The translations under genes were made by a program, and so were the position numbers. Of a stretch of DNA of 64,000 nt, positions 61,861-64,000 are shown one piece after another. The first letter of the stretch is position 1. Each line of letters begins with the position of its first letter. Under the pieces are notes generated by a model. It did not search any database, had not been told where the DNA came from, and saw only the letters and a program-made list of their open reading frames with translations. The DNA lies in the NCBI GenBank assembly GCA_022820825.1, contig JAJEEU010000080.1, forward strand, positions 9,211-73,210, written 5' to 3'. This stretch comes from Vicinamibacteria bacterium (GTDB lineage: Bacteria; Acidobacteriota; Vicinamibacteria; Vicinamibacterales; UBA8438).

Positions 61861-62464
61861 CCGCACGCGCACCGTCGCGGTCGGCATCACGGGTGCGTCG
61901 GGCGCGATCTACGCAACCCGTACCGTGGCGGCGCTGCTCGCTGCCGGCTGCCGCGTGGAGCTGGTGGCCTCCGACTTCGGCCGCCGGCTCCTGCGGGACG
62001 AAATCGGTCCGCAGGCGGCCGCCGAGCGGCTGGCCGAGTACCTGGCCGAGCGCTACGGCGGCGAGGTGCGCGCGGGCTCGCTCGTCCTGCACAGCAATCG
62101 CGACATGGGGGCGTCGATAGCCAGCGGCAGCCATTCCTGCGACAGCATGGCCGTCGTGCCGTGCTCGATGAAGACGCTCGCGGGGATCGCGCACGGCACG
62201 TCGCGGAACCTGATCGAGCGCGCCGCCGACGTCATGCTGAAAGAGCGCCGCCGTCTCGTGGTGGTGCCGCGCGAGACCCCGATGAGCCTGCCGCAACTGC
62301 GCAATCTCGTGCTGTGCGCGGAAGCCGGTGCGGTCGTGCTGCCTGCCATGCCGGCTTTCTACCAGCAGCCGCGGTCGATCGACGATCTCGCGGACTTCAT
62401 GGCGGGCAAGATCCTGTCGGCGCTCGGTTTCGAGCACGCGCTGTATCCGGCCTGGACGGGCTAG
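61853..62464 (+). CDS. ubiX: flavin prenyltransferase UbiX
   Basis: GITGASG, IASGS, PCSM.TL, RAADV.LKERR, RETP, P.FY. Confidence 0.95.
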   Translation: MSDRTRTVAVGITGASGAIYATRTVAALLAAGCRVELVASDFGRRLLRDEIGPQAAAERLAEYLAERYGGEVRAGSLVLHSNRDMGASIASGSHSCDSMAVVPCSMKTLAGIAHGTSRNLIERAADVMLKERRRLVVVPRETPMSLPQLRNLVLCAEAGAVVLPAMPAFYQQPRSIDDLADFMAGKILSALGFEHALYPAWTG

Positions 62465-62469
62465 CCCTC

Positions 62470-63204
62470 ATGGCCCAGGCGCCCCCCGACCCGCACCACG
62501 CCCACCGGGCGCCGGACGAGATCGCCGGCATGTTCGACCGCATCGCCGGCCGCTACGACCTGTTGAACCGTGTGCTGAGTGCGGGGCGCGATCGCACCTG
62601 GCGCGCGCGCGCCGTCGAGACACTCCAGTTGCAGGGCGGCGAGACCGTGCTCGATCTGTGCACGGGCACGGCCGACCTGCTGCTGGCGCTGGCGCCTCCG
62701 GGCGGCGCCGCCGCGCGCGTCGTGGGGGTCGACTTCTCGACCGAGATGCTGCGCCTCGCATACCGCAAGGTACGGCGGAGTACGGCCCGCGGCGCGCTCA
62801 CGCTGCTGCGGGGCGACGCCGAACGGATTCCACTCGGCGACCGTTCGGTGGACGGCGTGACCATCGGGTTCGGCATCCGCAATGTGCAGGATCGCGTCGC
62901 CGCGCTGGCGGAGGTGCGGCGAGTGCTGCGGCCGGGGGGGCGGCTGGCGATCCTGGAGTTCGGCACCCCGGGCCCCACGCCTCTCCGGGCGGTCTACCTG
63001 TGGTATTTCCAGCGCCTGTTGCCGCTGATAGGCCGGCTCGTCTCCCGCCACGCGAGCGCCTACAGCTATCTGCCGGCGTCGGTCGGCGCATTTCCGGCGC
63101 CCGCCGCTTTCTGCGCGATGCTGGAGCAGGCCGGCTTCGCCGACGTGCGCTGCGAACGGCTGACGCTCGGCATCGTCTGCCTCTACACCGCCCGCGCAGA
63201 CTGA
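62470..63204 (+). CDS. menG: demethylmenaquinone methyltransferase (MenG/UbiE)
   Basis: MFD.IA.RYD..N, DLCTGT.D, FGIRNV, LRPGG, Y.YL..S. Confidence 0.92.
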   Translation: MAQAPPDPHHAHRAPDEIAGMFDRIAGRYDLLNRVLSAGRDRTWRARAVETLQLQGGETVLDLCTGTADLLLALAPPGGAAARVVGVDFSTEMLRLAYRKVRRSTARGALTLLRGDAERIPLGDRSVDGVTIGFGIRNVQDRVAALAEVRRVLRPGGRLAILEFGTPGPTPLRAVYLWYFQRLLPLIGRLVSRHASAYSYLPASVGAFPAPAAFCAMLEQAGFADVRCERLTLGIVCLYTARAD

Positions 63205-63218
63205 GCTCGGGCCCCCAT

Positions 63219-63227
63219 TGCTATAAT
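63219..63227 (+). promoter_or_regulatory. extended -10 promoter
   Basis: TGCTATAAT 14 nt upstream of ATG 63242. Confidence 0.55.
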
Positions 63228-63241
63228 CGGGAAACCTCCTG

Positions 63242-64000
63242 ATGCTCCTCAACCTGGACGGGCGTCCCGAAACACCGACCATCGGATCGGTGATGACCTG
63301 GCGGGACCAGGCATTGCTGTCCCTGCTGGTCCACGTGGTGGCCGTGTTGCTGGTGGTGCTGGTGCCGCGGCTGTCGTTCGTCCAGGAGGCGGCCGAGCGC
63401 CGCGCCGAGCGGCTGCGCGAGATGGCGGAGCAGGCCGAGCTGCAGGCCGAGCTGCAGGCGCAGTTGCAGGCGGAGCTGCTGCAGCAGGCGCAGCGCGACG
63501 ACCAGACGTTCGTCTTCATCCAGCCGCGGGTCGAGCTCGAACCGCCGGAGCCGCCGCCGCCCGACGCCGTGCTGTCGGATCGCGACCGGGTGGCGCAGTC
63601 GCCGCTCCGGACCCTCGATCCGGAGAACCGCCTGCCGGTGGCCGAGGGTAATTCGTCGGCGTTCATCGTGGCCCCGGAGGAGTCGGAGGAAGGGCTCGAC
63701 GACTTCGCGGCGGAGGGCTTCGTGGACGGTGAGGAGGATGCCGGCGCGGAGCCGGCCGACGCGCCCGCGCAGCCGGAGGAGCTCGCGGATCAGAACGCCG
63801 CCGAGGAGGCTGCGGGAGAGGACGAGACCGAAGACACGGCGTCGGAGCCGGTCGAGGATCCCGGCCCGGTGCCCGAGATCGACAACCCGGATCGGCCGCT
63901 CTTTGCCGACTCGTCGCTGGCGGACGCGGGCAGCGGTCCGGGCGAGCCCGGTCCGGCCGACGCGCCGCGCCTCGACCTGTCGCGCGACGGGCTGCTCGAT
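63242..64000 (+). CDS. TonB/TolA-like membrane-anchored protein, 3' end outside window
   Basis: SLLVH (SxxxH) TM motif, QAEL coiled-coil repeats, Pro/Glu-rich linker; open to the window end. Confidence 0.7.
   Translation, partial: MLLNLDGRPETPTIGSVMTWRDQALLSLLVHVVAVLLVVLVPRLSFVQEAAERRAERLREMAEQAELQAELQAQLQAELLQQAQRDDQTFVFIQPRVELEPPEPPPPDAVLSDRDRVAQSPLRTLDPENRLPVAEGNSSAFIVAPEESEEGLDDFAAEGFVDGEEDAGAEPADAPAQPEELADQNAAEEAAGEDETEDTASEPVEDPGPVPEIDNPDRPLFADSSLADAGSGPGEPGPADAPRLDLSRDGLLD

Noticed and set aside
63428-63492. 12-bp CAGGCCGAGCTG-type repeats
   Set aside because: They encode an ordinary QAEL coiled-coil stretch in a TonB/TolA-like protein.

Overview
High-GC bacterial chromosomal segment. 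By inference it is from Acidobacteriota, probably class Vicinamibacteria, based on an acidobacterial-type VWFA protein, the gene order and the secreted RTxWGxPDLQG-family protein. Most of it is core genome: cmk-rpsA-ihf-HIT; an acyl-CoA dehydrogenase; a split B12 mutase; valS-nadC-birA-coaX; argS-mobA; nfeD-SPFH-SPOR-lnt-prfB (with the +1 frameshift); PBP1A divergent from dnaK-dnaJ-hspR-dnaC-like-hemW; meaB-mce-mtnP-pfkB; ribH-nusB-lysS-lolE-lolD-clpC-bamA-skp-(fabZ::lpxA)-lpxI; and a futalosine menaquinone operon. There are two accessory inserts. One is a hicB-hicA module abutting a truncated Swt1-HEPN/DUF499-type gene. The other is an intact-ended 2461-bp IS1-family cargo element (18374-20834) with 18/19-identical inverted repeats and an 8-bp target duplication. 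The most notable signals are: (i) two diverged ~120-nt multi-hairpin elements with four fully compensatory base-pair changes, each just before the start codon of the divergent PBP1A and dnaK genes; (ii) an MqnE-like protein with no radical-SAM cysteine motif heading the mqn operon; (iii) the IS1 cargo element with a divergent HicB/HicA-like pair, a 10-bp-period repeat array and a CTG-start transposase; (iv) a ~175-nt rod-like rpsA leader; (v) isobutyryl-CoA-mutase signature residues in the B12 mutase. All calls come from reading the sequence by eye; no database searches were run.
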